From Eledone cirrhosa (Eukaryota): a DNA stretch of 64,000 nucleotides. Below, in pieces: positions 41,748-53,816 of the stretch. The notes below the pieces were generated by a model, which was given only the letters and a program-made list of their open reading frames with translations, searched no databases and was not told where the DNA came from. Both the position numbers and the translations under genes were made by a program. The stretch is taken from positions 126,914,001-126,978,000 of the forward strand of contig OZ024745.1 in assembly GCA_964016885.1 (NCBI GenBank), in the 5' to 3' direction. Numbering within the stretch: position 1 is the first letter of the stretch; each line of letters begins with the position of its first letter.

Positions 41748-41961
41748 TAACATTTGGTTATATATATATATATATATATACACATACATCTTCTACATTG
41801 ACTTATTATTGCTCTGGATAATGTCTATTGAGATTTTTTATTGAGGAGTACATAATTCTAACATATTTAATATGTTACACATACACATACATACATATAG
41901 TTATGATGATATATATACATATACAAACTTGTTTGTGTGTGCACAAACATAACATATACAG

Positions 41962-42003
<42 letters not shown>

Positions 42004-42005
<2 letters not shown>

Positions 42006-42093
42006 CAAAGGAATTGTTGTAAGGAACCAGATGGACCATAACGCACCAGAGTATTCAATACTTAAGGTAGTAGAGTCGGGGTCATACTTTTTC

Positions 42094-42096
<3 letters not shown>
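42004..42096 (-). mobile_element. Internally deleted copy of the 9482/43336 palindromic element
   Basis: Tail aaggaaccagatggaccataacgcaccagagtattcaatact is joined directly to cggggtcatactttttcct; the hairpin is lost; flanked by (TA)n. Confidence 0.7.
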
Positions 42097-42136
<40 letters not shown>

Positions 42137-42497
42137 TATATGGGTGTGTATTTTAGTGTGAGTTTGCATGTAAGAATTTATTATATAAAATTCTATAAAT
42201 GAATTCATTAAATAATGAAATATTATGTACATGTGTATGTACAATTTCATGTATATTTGTTGATATATTATATATATTTGTATGATTGAATGAATTAATG
42301 TGTCAGTATATATGTATATTTATGTGTGTATGTGCGCAAACATAACAATTTCCTTCTCTTTCCTTGCTTCCAAAATATTTCTGGAAGTCTGTATGTACAT
42401 ATTACAAATATATGTAACCGTTTATACAAACTGTATTTTCAGAGTTACACTCTATATCAATTATATTTTAAGGTTCTGATTCTTATTAATCTATAAT

Positions 42498-42890
42498 ATC
42501 TCTCTCACTCCCTCCTCTCTCTCTCTCTCGCCTCTCTCTCTCTCTCTCGCTCTCACTCTCTCTCGCTCTCTCACTCCCTTGCGCTATCTCTCTCTCACTC
42601 TCTCCTTTCTCTCGCGCTATCTTGCTCTTACTCTCTCTCTCTCGCGCTATCTTGCCCTCACTCACTCTCTCTCTCACTCCCTCCTCTCTCTCTTGTGCTC
42701 TCTCACTCTTTCTCTCCCTCCTCTTTCTCTCTCTCTCACTCTTTCACTCCCTCCTCTTACTCTCTTGCGCTCTCTCACTCTTTTTCTCCCTCCTCTCTCA
42801 CTCGCTTTCTTTCTCTCTCTCCCTCCTCTTTCTCTCCCTTCTCTCTCTCTCACTCACTCTCAATCCCTCTCTCCCCCTCCCCTGTCTCTC
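42498..42890. repeat. Degenerate (CT)n tract
   Basis: Directly visible. Confidence 0.9.
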
Positions 42891-43283
42891 TATATATATA
42901 TGTGTGTGTGTGTGTCTCTATGTGTGTGTGTACACTTTCTCTTCATTTAAATGATTAATTAATTAGATGTATGGTGTTTGCACCAGTATAATTAAATAAT
43001 CCAAGTGTATGCCAGTTTAAGCACTCCATGATAATTTTATGTGTCCTTATTGGTGGTTTGTTATACAGTAGAGACATAGGAATTATGATAATACAAAGAC
43101 TGGATGTTAATTTTCCGTATTTAAAAAAATGAAATAAAATAACATAAAATATATGAAAAGTTAACATACTGTCTTCATATTAATTCAAATTATATATAAA
43201 TATATGCACATATATATATATATACATATATATATATTATTAATTCCTATATATCTACTCCATCATATAACATCCATAGATAT

Positions 43284-43335
<52 letters not shown>

Positions 43336-43337
<2 letters not shown>

Positions 43338-43547
43338 CAAATGAAACGTGGTAAGGAACCAGGTGGACCATAACGCACCAAAGTACTCAATACTTAGGGT
43401 AGTAGAGTGGGTAATAGGAATGAGTAGGACCCCGACGGCTGAGCTCAAGCCGTTTCGAAGGCTAATTCTGGACTAAAAAATTTTTTAGTCCAGAATTAGT
43501 CGTCGAAACGGCTTGAGCTGAGCCGTCGGGGTCCTACTCGTTCCTAT
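43336..43547 (-). mobile_element. Palindromic (TA)n-inserted element with GAAA-stem III-GUC half-hammerhead
   Basis: Palindrome centred 43480/43481; GAAA cggct tgagctg agccg TC ggggtc; tail TTGAGTACT; (TA)n flanks. Confidence 0.7.
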
Positions 43548-43710
43548 ATATATATGGCCAACCCATGCTAGCATGGAAGATGGACATTAAATGATGATGA
43601 TATATACACACACATACATATATATTTCTCTTTCTTTCTCTGCCTCTACTTTCCTATCCCTCTGTCCCCCTCTCTCTCTATATATCTCTATATTTCTCTA
43701 TCTCTTTATA

Positions 43711-43745
<35 letters not shown>

Positions 43746-43889
43746 CCAAATGTTAAACAAGGTTCATTGATTATTCAATGAATATAGTTTTACAATAGAT
43801 TAAAAGCACTCAACAAAGAAGTTTTCTGGAGTTATTAATATTATTCAGAATATTAATAAATGGATACATTCACATAATCAAAATATATG

Positions 43890-43951
43890 TTTTATTATAT
43901 ATATTTCGGAGGTACTGTGCTGTTTTTTCAGTACGTCCTCATCAGATAAAA
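43890..43951 (-). ncRNA. Type I hammerhead ribozyme motif (mirror copy in the opposite arm of the hairpin)
   Basis: Minus strand reads ttttat CTGATGA ggacgtactg...cagtacctcc GAAA tatata TA ataaaa; stem II is better paired than in the + copy. Confidence 0.8.
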
Positions 43952-44044
43952 TACATAAATTGATGTATGACATACCTCAACTGTGCTGTTGGTTCAATTC
44001 CAGTTATCAGCATAGTTGAGGTATGTCATACATCAATTTATGTA

Positions 44045-44106
44045 TTTTATCTGATGAGGACATACTGAAAAAACAGCACAGTACCTCCGAAATATATATA
44101 ATAAAA
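44045..44106 (+). ncRNA. Type I hammerhead ribozyme motif with palindromic stem III (Penelope-type minimal HHR)
   Basis: ttttat CTGATGA [ggacatactg...cagtacctcc] GAAA tatata TA ataaaa. Stem I ttttat/ataaaa; all core bases present; stem III ATATATAT is self-complementary; predicted cut after 44100. Confidence 0.8.
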
Positions 44107-44643
44107 CATATTTTGATTATGTATCCATTTATTAATATTTTGAATAATATATATATATATATATTATAAGACAGCATATATATGTGTAGGTATGTATATT
44201 TCCTCTGATAGTTTGTAAAATGTTTACATAGATCTATATGATATACATACCAACACACACATATATATCCTAGAAACGATCTTAAAATGATGAATTTTTT
44301 AATATAAGGATCTGTTTCTTTGTTTTTATTCATTGTTTTTATTAATTTATATATATATATATATTAGCAATATATATATATTAGCAACTGGAAAGACTCT
44401 TGGAAACATTGTTTCCTTGGTCCGATCTGACAAAAGTTGATCGACTGTCAATATATATCTGAATCTATCTGTGATTGTATCCTGTTTCAGCATGCCATAG
44501 ATCAGAGTGGAGTTTTGGTCTTTTCTTATTATGTGACACAAGACAGACTGTTCTTTTATTTGTTTGTTTGTATTAAAGAAAAATGTTTTCCTTTTCATCA
44601 AATTTTTCACCTCTACTTCTTTGTTTGATATTATTATTGATGA

Positions 44644-44833
44644 GGGCGGTGGATTGGCAGTATCGGTAGAGGGTCGGACGCCATGCTTTGCAGCGTAGAG
44701 TTACGGCCCTTTACGGTCTGAGTTCAAATCCCGCCGAGGTTAACTTTGCCTTTCATCCTTACGGGGGCCGATAAAATAAAGTACCAGTAATGTACTGGGG
44801 TAATTGCTGGCCTTGTGCCTAAAGTAGAAACAA
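44644..44833 (+). mobile_element. tRNA-derived SINE (best-preserved copy of an abundant family)
   Basis: A-box TGGCAGTATCGG, B-box GAGTTCAAATCC, body gttaactttgcctttcatcc...gataaaataaagtaccagt, (ATT)n tail. Other copies at about 3095-3303(-), 3616-3803(+), 11468-11645(-), 14259-14445(+), 23639-23842(+), 26500-26722(-), 27143-27350(-), 27488-27795(-), 28690-28880(+) and 57534-57752(+). Confidence 0.8.
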
Positions 44834-44894
44834 TTATTATTGATGAAAATGTTTTAAAAAAAAGATGTAGTAACGTGTTGGGTGATTTGGAAGA

Positions 44895-45175
44895 CTACCA
44901 ACGTCTATGTTGTTTGGTGAGTGTTTATGTTACACCAATGTCTGTGTTGTGAGGTGAGTGTTTGTTACACTAACGTTTGTGTTGTGAGTGTATGTTACAC
45001 CAATGTCTGTGGTGTGAGGTGAGTGTATATGTTACACCAATGTCTGTGTTGTGAGGTGAGTGTTTATATTACACCGATGTCTGTGTTGTGAGGTGAGTGT
45101 ATGTTACACTAATGTCTGTGTTGTGAGGTGAGTGTATGTTACACTAATATCTGTTGTGAGTGTTTATGTTGCCAC
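44895..45175. repeat. About 37-bp tandem repeat (CACCAATGTCTGTGTTGTGAGGTGAGTGTTTATGTTA)
   Basis: About 8 diverged units. Confidence 0.85.
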
Positions 45176-45743
45176 TGTAGGTATTGTATACTTAATTCTA
45201 TTTGCACAAAGCTTTTTGTCCCCTATAAATTATCATGAAAAATATTACTATTTGCTGTCCATACTGTAAACGTGGTTGGTGTTAGGGAGGGCATCCAGTC
45301 GTAGAATACCTGCCAGACAGTCCTATACGAGCGAGACATGGTCACCCGACCAATCTTGCCTCAAGTAGGACAATTCCCGTCTAAACCCATGCTTGTGTGG
45401 AAGATAGACGTTAAATGATGATGATGATGATGATGATGATGAATATACAAGATAGAGGACTTTTGATCATCCTGGTCATGAAATGTATCCCATTATAGAC
45501 ATCGTATGAGTGCTGAGCGCTTGGTGAAGAAGGGACTTCATTCTACTTGGGAAATTAACAAGTAGTTATATGAAAAAATATTGTTGATCAATTTCAATTT
45601 ATGAAGAAAGAAGTAAGTTAAAATTTACCAAATTAATAAGGGATAGAATAATATTGTACAAAATACCAATGTTTATATCACACTCTCAGTACTGTACTGT
45701 ATTCAGAGATAAGAGTTTTAACATTTATAAGAGTAAGCTAAAG

Positions 45744-45913
45744 CAACGGTCACCAACCAGTGATCTGTGGACCTCCAGTGCTCCGCAAGAAAATTTAGGT
45801 GGTCCACAGAAAAATATTAATGTATCTTTTTAAAACAATTTATCTTAGTGGTCTGCGGGAATCAAAATTATGAATTTAGTTGTCTGTGAATTTCGAAAGG
45901 TTGGCAACCGCTG
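45744..45913. mobile_element. hAT (Charlie-like) MITE
   Basis: TIR caacggtcaccaacc / ggttggcaaccgctg; 8-bp TSD agctaaag / agctcaag (7/8). Confidence 0.75.
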
Positions 45914-46617
45914 AGCTCAAGCATATAAGCTTTAGTTCATTTTTGTCTCTTTAGTTTATTTGTCTCTTAGTTTATTTTTGTACTGAATGAACAAATGTCA
46001 CCAATGACAAATAAAAATCTAGAAAAACATCTGATCTTCTCACTGACTACCGAAATAGTTGTGACATGATCAAAGCTTAAATTATTCATAGCAAGACTCT
46101 TATATGTTTATTGTACATAAACATATTGTATAGACCTTCATATACACCACTATTGTTAACCCTTTTGATATCAAACAACCTGAAACTGCATAGCATCTAC
46201 AATAATAAGCTATTTATTTCAAAGTGTGTTTATTTATCTAGAAGCCTTTCACCATAATTTTATGTAATAATCTTTTTTAAGCTAAGCTCTAAATACCAAA
46301 TAAGTTACTAAATCTTTTAGAATTCTTGATTATTTTCAAAAGTTTTCATTACAAATATACTTTAAGTGAATGCTTCTTACAGTATATATCAATCTATAAT
46401 AATTGATAAGTATTCCGCTTATTTAAATTATAATGGCATACCTTAGGTAAATACTGGGAAAAATATGAACATAGTTTTATGTATTAGGTGCCAAATACTT
46501 AAATAAAAGTATTTGGTGAGAAAGGCAGGTTTTATAGATGGGTGTCCTCTAGTACAGCCCTTTGTCTCTTCGTCATCTCCATTGAGAAGCTCAGTTCCCT
46601 CACTACTTCATCCCATG

Positions 46618-46657
<40 letters not shown>

Positions 46658-47182
46658 CTAACATAAACAAATGTATCTATGTATGTGTATGTATGTATGT
46701 ACCTGTCTGATTTCATTGTCAATATTTTACATCAAGTTTGGTCAACAATTGACAGAACTAAACAAACAAACCATATGTGAAATTCTAAATAACCAAACAT
46801 CAGATGTATTTAACAAATTGCTGAACATTCATTTTCTTAATAACAAATACTCATATATGTGTGTATATATATATACATACACATACATGTGTGTATATGT
46901 ATGTATATATACACACACATATACTTAAATATTACAATATATAATATATGAGTATGTGGTATATAATTACTACATTTATTTATTATTAATTCTTTAAAAT
47001 ATGATTATATGAGCATATATATTTCTTGGGACATTTGTTAAAAATTATTGTAAGTACACATGTTATACACATACATATGTGTGTGTTCATTATAAATATA
47101 TATGTACATATATATACATGAGGAAGACTTTATACAGTCCACTTCTGTAGAAGTAACTTTAAATTCAGTACAAAGACCTTTA

Positions 47183-47697
47183 TTAAGCCTTTAGCATTAA
47201 CATTACTCTATATATACTATTATATTTTCATGGGAAAGGCTTTACCTCGCATAATTATCTCACATAATATCGAATCTATGAGATTTTGAAAGTATTTATT
47301 TTGAAAACAATACCTTAACATCAGATTAAGCGACCAATTACAGCCAGTTTTGACAGAAAGAGGTAGAGAATTCTGGCCGGTTTTGGCCGGTTTGAACACT
47401 AAAAGGTTAAAACAGTAACACTTCAAAACGTGACATGAAATAGATTTTAACACTATAAAATTATTAACACCAAAAGATACTTTAACCCTTTAGCATTTAC
47501 ATTACTCTATATTTACTAATGTATTTTTGTGGTAAAGACTTTATCTCACATGATACCCAATCTATGAGATTTTGATGTTATTTATTTTGAGAACAATACC
47601 TTAACATCAGTATGAGTGGCCAGTTACGGCCAGTTTAAACAGAAAGAGGTGAGAAAATTCTGGCTCGATACAGCCGGTTTGAATGCTAAGGGGTTAA
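47183..47697. mobile_element. Two adjacent piggyBac-type MITE copies (47183-47410, 47482-47697)
   Basis: Both are bounded by TTAA and CCCTTTAGCATT-like TIRs. Confidence 0.8.
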
Positions 47698-47913
47698 ATC
47701 AGAAATACTATTTTCATTAATGAGCTATCAAACAGCTGTCATTTCTGGTTATATAACATATATTTAGGAATCATTAGAGACAACAAAACTAGACGAAGGA
47801 AAACATATTTCGTTGAGAATAAAAGGTGAACTATACAAGGGTAAACTATAATTACATATTCAGTAAAACATTTATAAAATAATTAATTAATAGCATAACG
47901 AATATAACAGCAG

Positions 47914-50900
47914 CCACATCACAATAACAACTACATCACAGTAACAACAACTACATCACAGTAACAACTACATCACAATAACAACTACATCACAGTAACA
48001 ACAACTACATCACAATAACAACTACATCACAATAACAACAACTACATCACAGTTACAACTACATCACAATAACAACAACTACATCACAGTAACAACAACT
48101 ACATCACAATAACAACTACATCACAATAACAACTACATCACAGTAACAAGTACATCACAGTAACAACAAGTACATCACAGTAACAACAACTACATCACAG
48201 TAACAACAACTACATCACAGTAACAACAACTACATCACAATAACAACAACTACATCACAGTAACAACAACTAGATCACAGTAACAACAACTACATCACAA
48301 TAACAACAACTACATCACAGTAACAACAAGTACATCACAGTAACAACAACTACATCACAATAACAACAACTACATCACAGTAACAACAACTACATCACAA
48401 TAACAACAACTACATCACAGTAACAACAACTACATCACAGTAACAACAACTACATCACAATAACAACAACTACATCACAGTAGCAACTACATCACAGTAA
48501 CAACAACTACATCACAGTAACAACAACTACATCACAGTAACAACAACTACATCACAGTAACAACAACTACATCACAGTAACAACAACTACATCACAGTAA
48601 CAACAACTACATCACAATAACAACAACTACATCACAGTAACAACAACTACATCACAGTAGCAACTACATCACAGTAACAACAACTACATCACAGTAACAA
48701 CAACTACATCACAGTAACAACAACTACATCACAATAACAACAACTACATCACAATAACAACAACTACATCACATTAACAACAACTACATCACAGTAACAG
48801 CAACTACATCACAGTAACAACAACTACATCACAATAACAACAACTACATCACAGTAACAACAAGTACATCACAGTAACAACAACTAGATCACAGTAACAA
48901 CAACTACATCACAGTAACAACAACTACATCACAGTAACAACTACATCACAGTAACAACAACTACATCACAGTAACAACAACTACATCACAATAACAACAA
49001 CTACATCACAGTAACAACAACTACATCACAGTAACAACAACTACATCACAGTAACAACAACTACATCACAGTAACAACAACTACATCACAGTAACAACAA
49101 CTACATCACAGTAACAACAACTACATCACAGTAACAACAACTACATCACAGTAACAACAACTACATCACAGTAACAACAACTACATCACAGTAGCAACTA
49201 CATCACAGTAACAACAACTACATCACAGTAACAACAACTACATCACAGTAACAACAACTACATCACAGTAACAACAACTACATCACAGTAACAACAACTA
49301 CATCACAGTAACAACAACTACATCACAATAACAACAACTACATCACAGTAACAACAACTACATCACAATAACAACAACTACATCACAGTAACAACAACTA
49401 CATCACAGTAACAACAACTAGATCACAGTAACAACAACTACATCACAGTAACAACAACTACATCACAGTAACAACTACATCACAGTAACAACAACTACAT
49501 CACAATAACAACAACTACATCACAGTAACAACAACTACATCACAGTAACAACAACTACATCACAATAACAACAACTACATCACAGTAACAACTACATCAC
49601 AGTAACAACAACTACATCACAGTAACAACAACTACATCACAGTAACAACAACTAGATCACAGTAACAACAACTACATCACAATAACAACTACATCACAGT
49701 AACAACAACTACATCACAGTAACAACAACTACATCACATTAACAACAACTACATCACAGTAACAACAACTACATCACAGTAACAACAACTACATCACAGT
49801 AACAACAACTACATCACAGTAACAACAACTACATCACAGTAACAACAACTAGATCACAGTAACAACAACTACATCACAATAACAACTACATCACAGTAAC
49901 AACAACTACATCACAGTAACAACAACTACATCACATTAACAACAACTACATCACAGTAACAGCAACTACATCACAGTAACAACAACTACATCACAATAAC
50001 AACAACTACATCACAGTAACAACAACTACATCACATTAACAACAACTACATCACAGTAACAGCAACTACATCACAGTAACAACAACTACATCACAATAAC
50101 AACAACTACATCACAGTAACAACAACTACATCACATTAACAACAACTACATCACAGTAACAACTACATCACAATAACAACAACTGCATCACAGTAACAAC
50201 AACTACATCACAGTAACAACAACTACATCACATTAACAACAACTACATCACAGTAACAACAACTACATCACAGTAACAACAACTACATCACAGTAACAAC
50301 AACTACATCACAGTAACAACAACTACATCACAGTAACAACAACTACATCACAGTAACAACAACTACATCACAGTAACAACAACTAGATCACAGTAACAAC
50401 AACTACATCACAATAACAACTACATCACAGTAACAACAACTACATCACAGTAACAACAACTACATCACATTAACAACAACTACATCACAGTAACAGCAAC
50501 TACATCACAGTAACAACAACTACATCACAATAACAACAACTACATCACAGTAACAACAACTACATCACATTAACAACAACTACATCACAGTAACAACAAC
50601 TACATCACAGTAACAACAACTACATCACAGTAACAACAACTACATCACAGTAACAACAACTACATCACATTAACAACAACTACATTACAGTAACAACAAC
50701 TACATCACAATAACAACAACTACATCACAATAACAACAACTACATCACAGTAACAACAACTACATCACAGTAACAACAATTACATCACAGTAACAACAAC
50801 TACATCACAGTAACAACAACTACATCACAATAACAACAACTACATCACAATAACAGCAACTACATCACAGTAACAACAACTACATCACAGTAACAACAAC

Positions 50901-51021
50901 TACATCACAGTAACAACTACATCACAGTAACAACAACTACATCACAGTAACAACAACTACATCACAATAACAACAACTACATCACAACAACAACTACATC
51001 ACAATAACAACAACTACATCA
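47914..51021. repeat. 20/17-bp minisatellite (ACAACTACATCACAGTAACA)n, about 3.1 kb
   Basis: Directly visible; unit length varies by one AAC. Confidence 0.97.
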
Positions 51022-52423
51022 CTGGGAAAAAGTGGGTTTATATGCCCTGTTATAAAAAGAGGGAGTGTCAAGCAGTTTGGTATCAAAAGGGTTAAACAAA
51101 GGTTAAACATTGATAGTACAGTTAATTGTGGATTTAAATAGGTTGAAAAGAGACAATTTATAGACAGATGCTGTACACCAGTTCCGAACTCCCACTGCCA
51201 TTGCCTCCGTCTCTCTCTCCTTTTCCATCTCTCTGTATTATGAGCAAATGGGGTCCCACATGTTGGCCACCCCACGGCCCCAGTGGACAGAATGAAGAAG
51301 GTGTTTCCTCGGAGGGTGGTGAGGGAGATGCGCACCTTGACCATAACCTTGAGCCCTTCAATCAGACACCAAACACAAAATAAGGAACGCCAGAATTTTA
51401 TAAGCCTCAGGACCTAATAAAATCCCAAGCTTATACCTAATACACCTAGTTGCTGAAGGAATTATTATGTCGGCTAAGATGAGTCAACATGGGAACTTTT
51501 ACATGGTCACTGAACCTGATAAAAATATGAGCCACATCTTAAAAATATGAGCCCATGCTTTAAGAATGGAAAGGCATATTGGATAATGTGGTCTTAGATA
51601 CATGATACCTTGCCTAAAAGAATCGTAGTAAAGTCCTGACTGGAATATTTTTGGTTGTAGGTCTGTAATGACATATCCAACCCTTGCTAGAAGGGATAAA
51701 CACACGTTAAATGATGATGATGATGAATAGATCTATGATTCTCACTGAGTTGTTTAACCGACTATGTACCTTCTACAAGTGTGTTTCATTAGAGCTGACT
51801 CAAGGCTATTCAACAAAGAAACCACACTCCTGTACAATCAATACATTAGTTCTATCATGGATTGTACCAGTTCTGCATGGATCTTTATTTTCTTCACAGC
51901 AACGCATGACACACTATAAAGTAGTGCACTGTGCACCATTACACGCAGCGCATAAACCACTTACACAATGAAACTAAAATATTCAAAACAAAAGATCATC
52001 TGAACATGAGAAAAACACTATTATTAACACAGCAAACTCCAATTCCCAATCATTTCCACTATATATTCAATTACCCTTAAACACAAACACAGTACAACAA
52101 CCCAGAACATGCTTACAATAAGAACCATTGCACTCAGTCAAGCAAACATCAAAAGCTCATTGACACAGTCACAGTAGCATTAGTAATTTCATTAGTCGTT
52201 CACTCTGAGTTCAATGCCAACCAACAGAGATGAATGTAAATGAACAACTGTTGTGTTCTGACATAGAAACATACTGGAACAAAATAGAAGGAAATAATAC
52301 AAGACTGCTGCATTGCATTGTAGACCATAAACTACTATATATTGAGTCTCCATTGTGGTCCTGAGCCAGGCAGTAGAGTCTGTACGGTAGTTGTTATTAC
52401 AGTAGAATCTGGATTATATCCAA

Positions 52424-52667
52424 CAGGGGTGGTGGAACTGGGGGAACAGAGAGACCATGGCCCCTCCAATAATTATATTGTTCTCCCCAAACTACCAAAA
52501 CACACATCTATTTGTATATACACTGCAGTAGATGTCCATGTTATGTTTATTGCATATCAAAGTTTTTTATATATTGGTTGATATTTAATAATAACAGCTA
52601 AACTAATCACTACAATTAAATAGACCAAATTTGGACCCCCAGTTCAGAAATGCTTTCATTGCTCCTG
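52424..52667. mobile_element. Probable MITE (CAGGG TIR)
   Basis: caggggtggtggaac...ctttcattgctcctg, flanked by duplicated tccaa. Confidence 0.4.
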
Positions 52668-53463
52668 TCCAATAAAACAGTGTATGTTGAATCCCCAGCT
52701 AGACCATAGAGTCTAGATTTGCTTAATCCAAGATAAGTAGTAACATTATACTATCCAGTGGGCTTCTATTTATTCAATTGATATGTTCACTGTAAGAACC
52801 AAATATATTTAAACAAATTACTGACAACCTTTAGGATTGTACGTTTTCTAGGATCTTAATATTGTGACATTATTCTGCAGAGTAAATAAGATCATTACAT
52901 ATAAAATGCCAATCAAACAATCAAATTCAACAGCAACCAGCTTGGCAAGTATCCTGCATATAAATATCCAAATAATAGTTAGATTAAATATTTTATTGAA
53001 TATTTTATTGAATATTTTATTTAATCACCTCACTTAATGCCATACGGTTGCTAGATCAGAACAAAATGTTTCCATCTAACAGCTATCTATAAAAAATACA
53101 TTATCCACATAAAACTGTAATAACATTCAAAGAATCATCATCATCATCATCATTTAACATCTGATTTTGCTGCTAGCAAGAATTGGATGCTTTTCACAGA
53201 CTGAATCAGTACTGAAGTGGATCTACTGACCTCCCAGGCAGGCTGGGGGTCTGCATTTTGCTTACTTACAGCCCCACACTTTACTGAGTGCATTTTATCA
53301 TGGCACAAGCACTAGGGAAGTTGTCATGTCTTTGACATAAGTGAAGGAACCTTCCAACCCTATCAACATTTTTGTTGCCAAAATCAAAACACTTTCAATA
53401 CTTTATCTACAATATTTTTCATAAATAATTAAAACAAAGTATAAGAAGCTCAAAGCTTTAGAA

Positions 53464-53816
53464 CAGAGGTTCTCAATGTGGGCGCTACTTCCCCGCCTCC
53501 CCTACTGGGGGTGTGTGCACGTTGAGAAGGTCTTGGGGAGCACTGGGGCCTATAAGGTAGTGGTGGGGCAGTAGAGATGATATAATAGTATATTAAATAT
53601 CAAATGATACATATTATATATAAATATAGTAAAATAAAAAATATATATTTATTTATACATAGTATATATTATATTTTTTATTATATATCAATTAACGATT
53701 TTATTTATTATATATTATTTACAATTTGCATGTAGGCAGGTCTTTCTGGAAATAAGGTTGGGGGCATTGAGTGTATTACGTGGCCATGAGTGTGTGTAAA
53801 AGTTTGAGAACCTCTG
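53464..53816. mobile_element. hAT (Charlie-like) MITE
   Basis: TIR cagaggttctcaa / ttgagaacctctg; 8-bp TSD ctttagaa / ctttagag (7/8). Confidence 0.8.

Larger units (their letters stand above)
43743..44150 (-). mobile_element. Palindromic (TA)n-inserted element with two intact HHR cores
   Basis: About 145-bp arms (43838-43988 / 44008-44150) with a 19-nt loop; tail with TTGAGTGCT; (TA)n on both sides. Confidence 0.75.

Noticed and set aside
44644-44735. tRNA gene calls at A/B-box sequences (also 3616, 14259, 17128 and others)
   Set aside because: They run into SINE bodies and tails, and I could not fold a cloverleaf; they are SINE heads.
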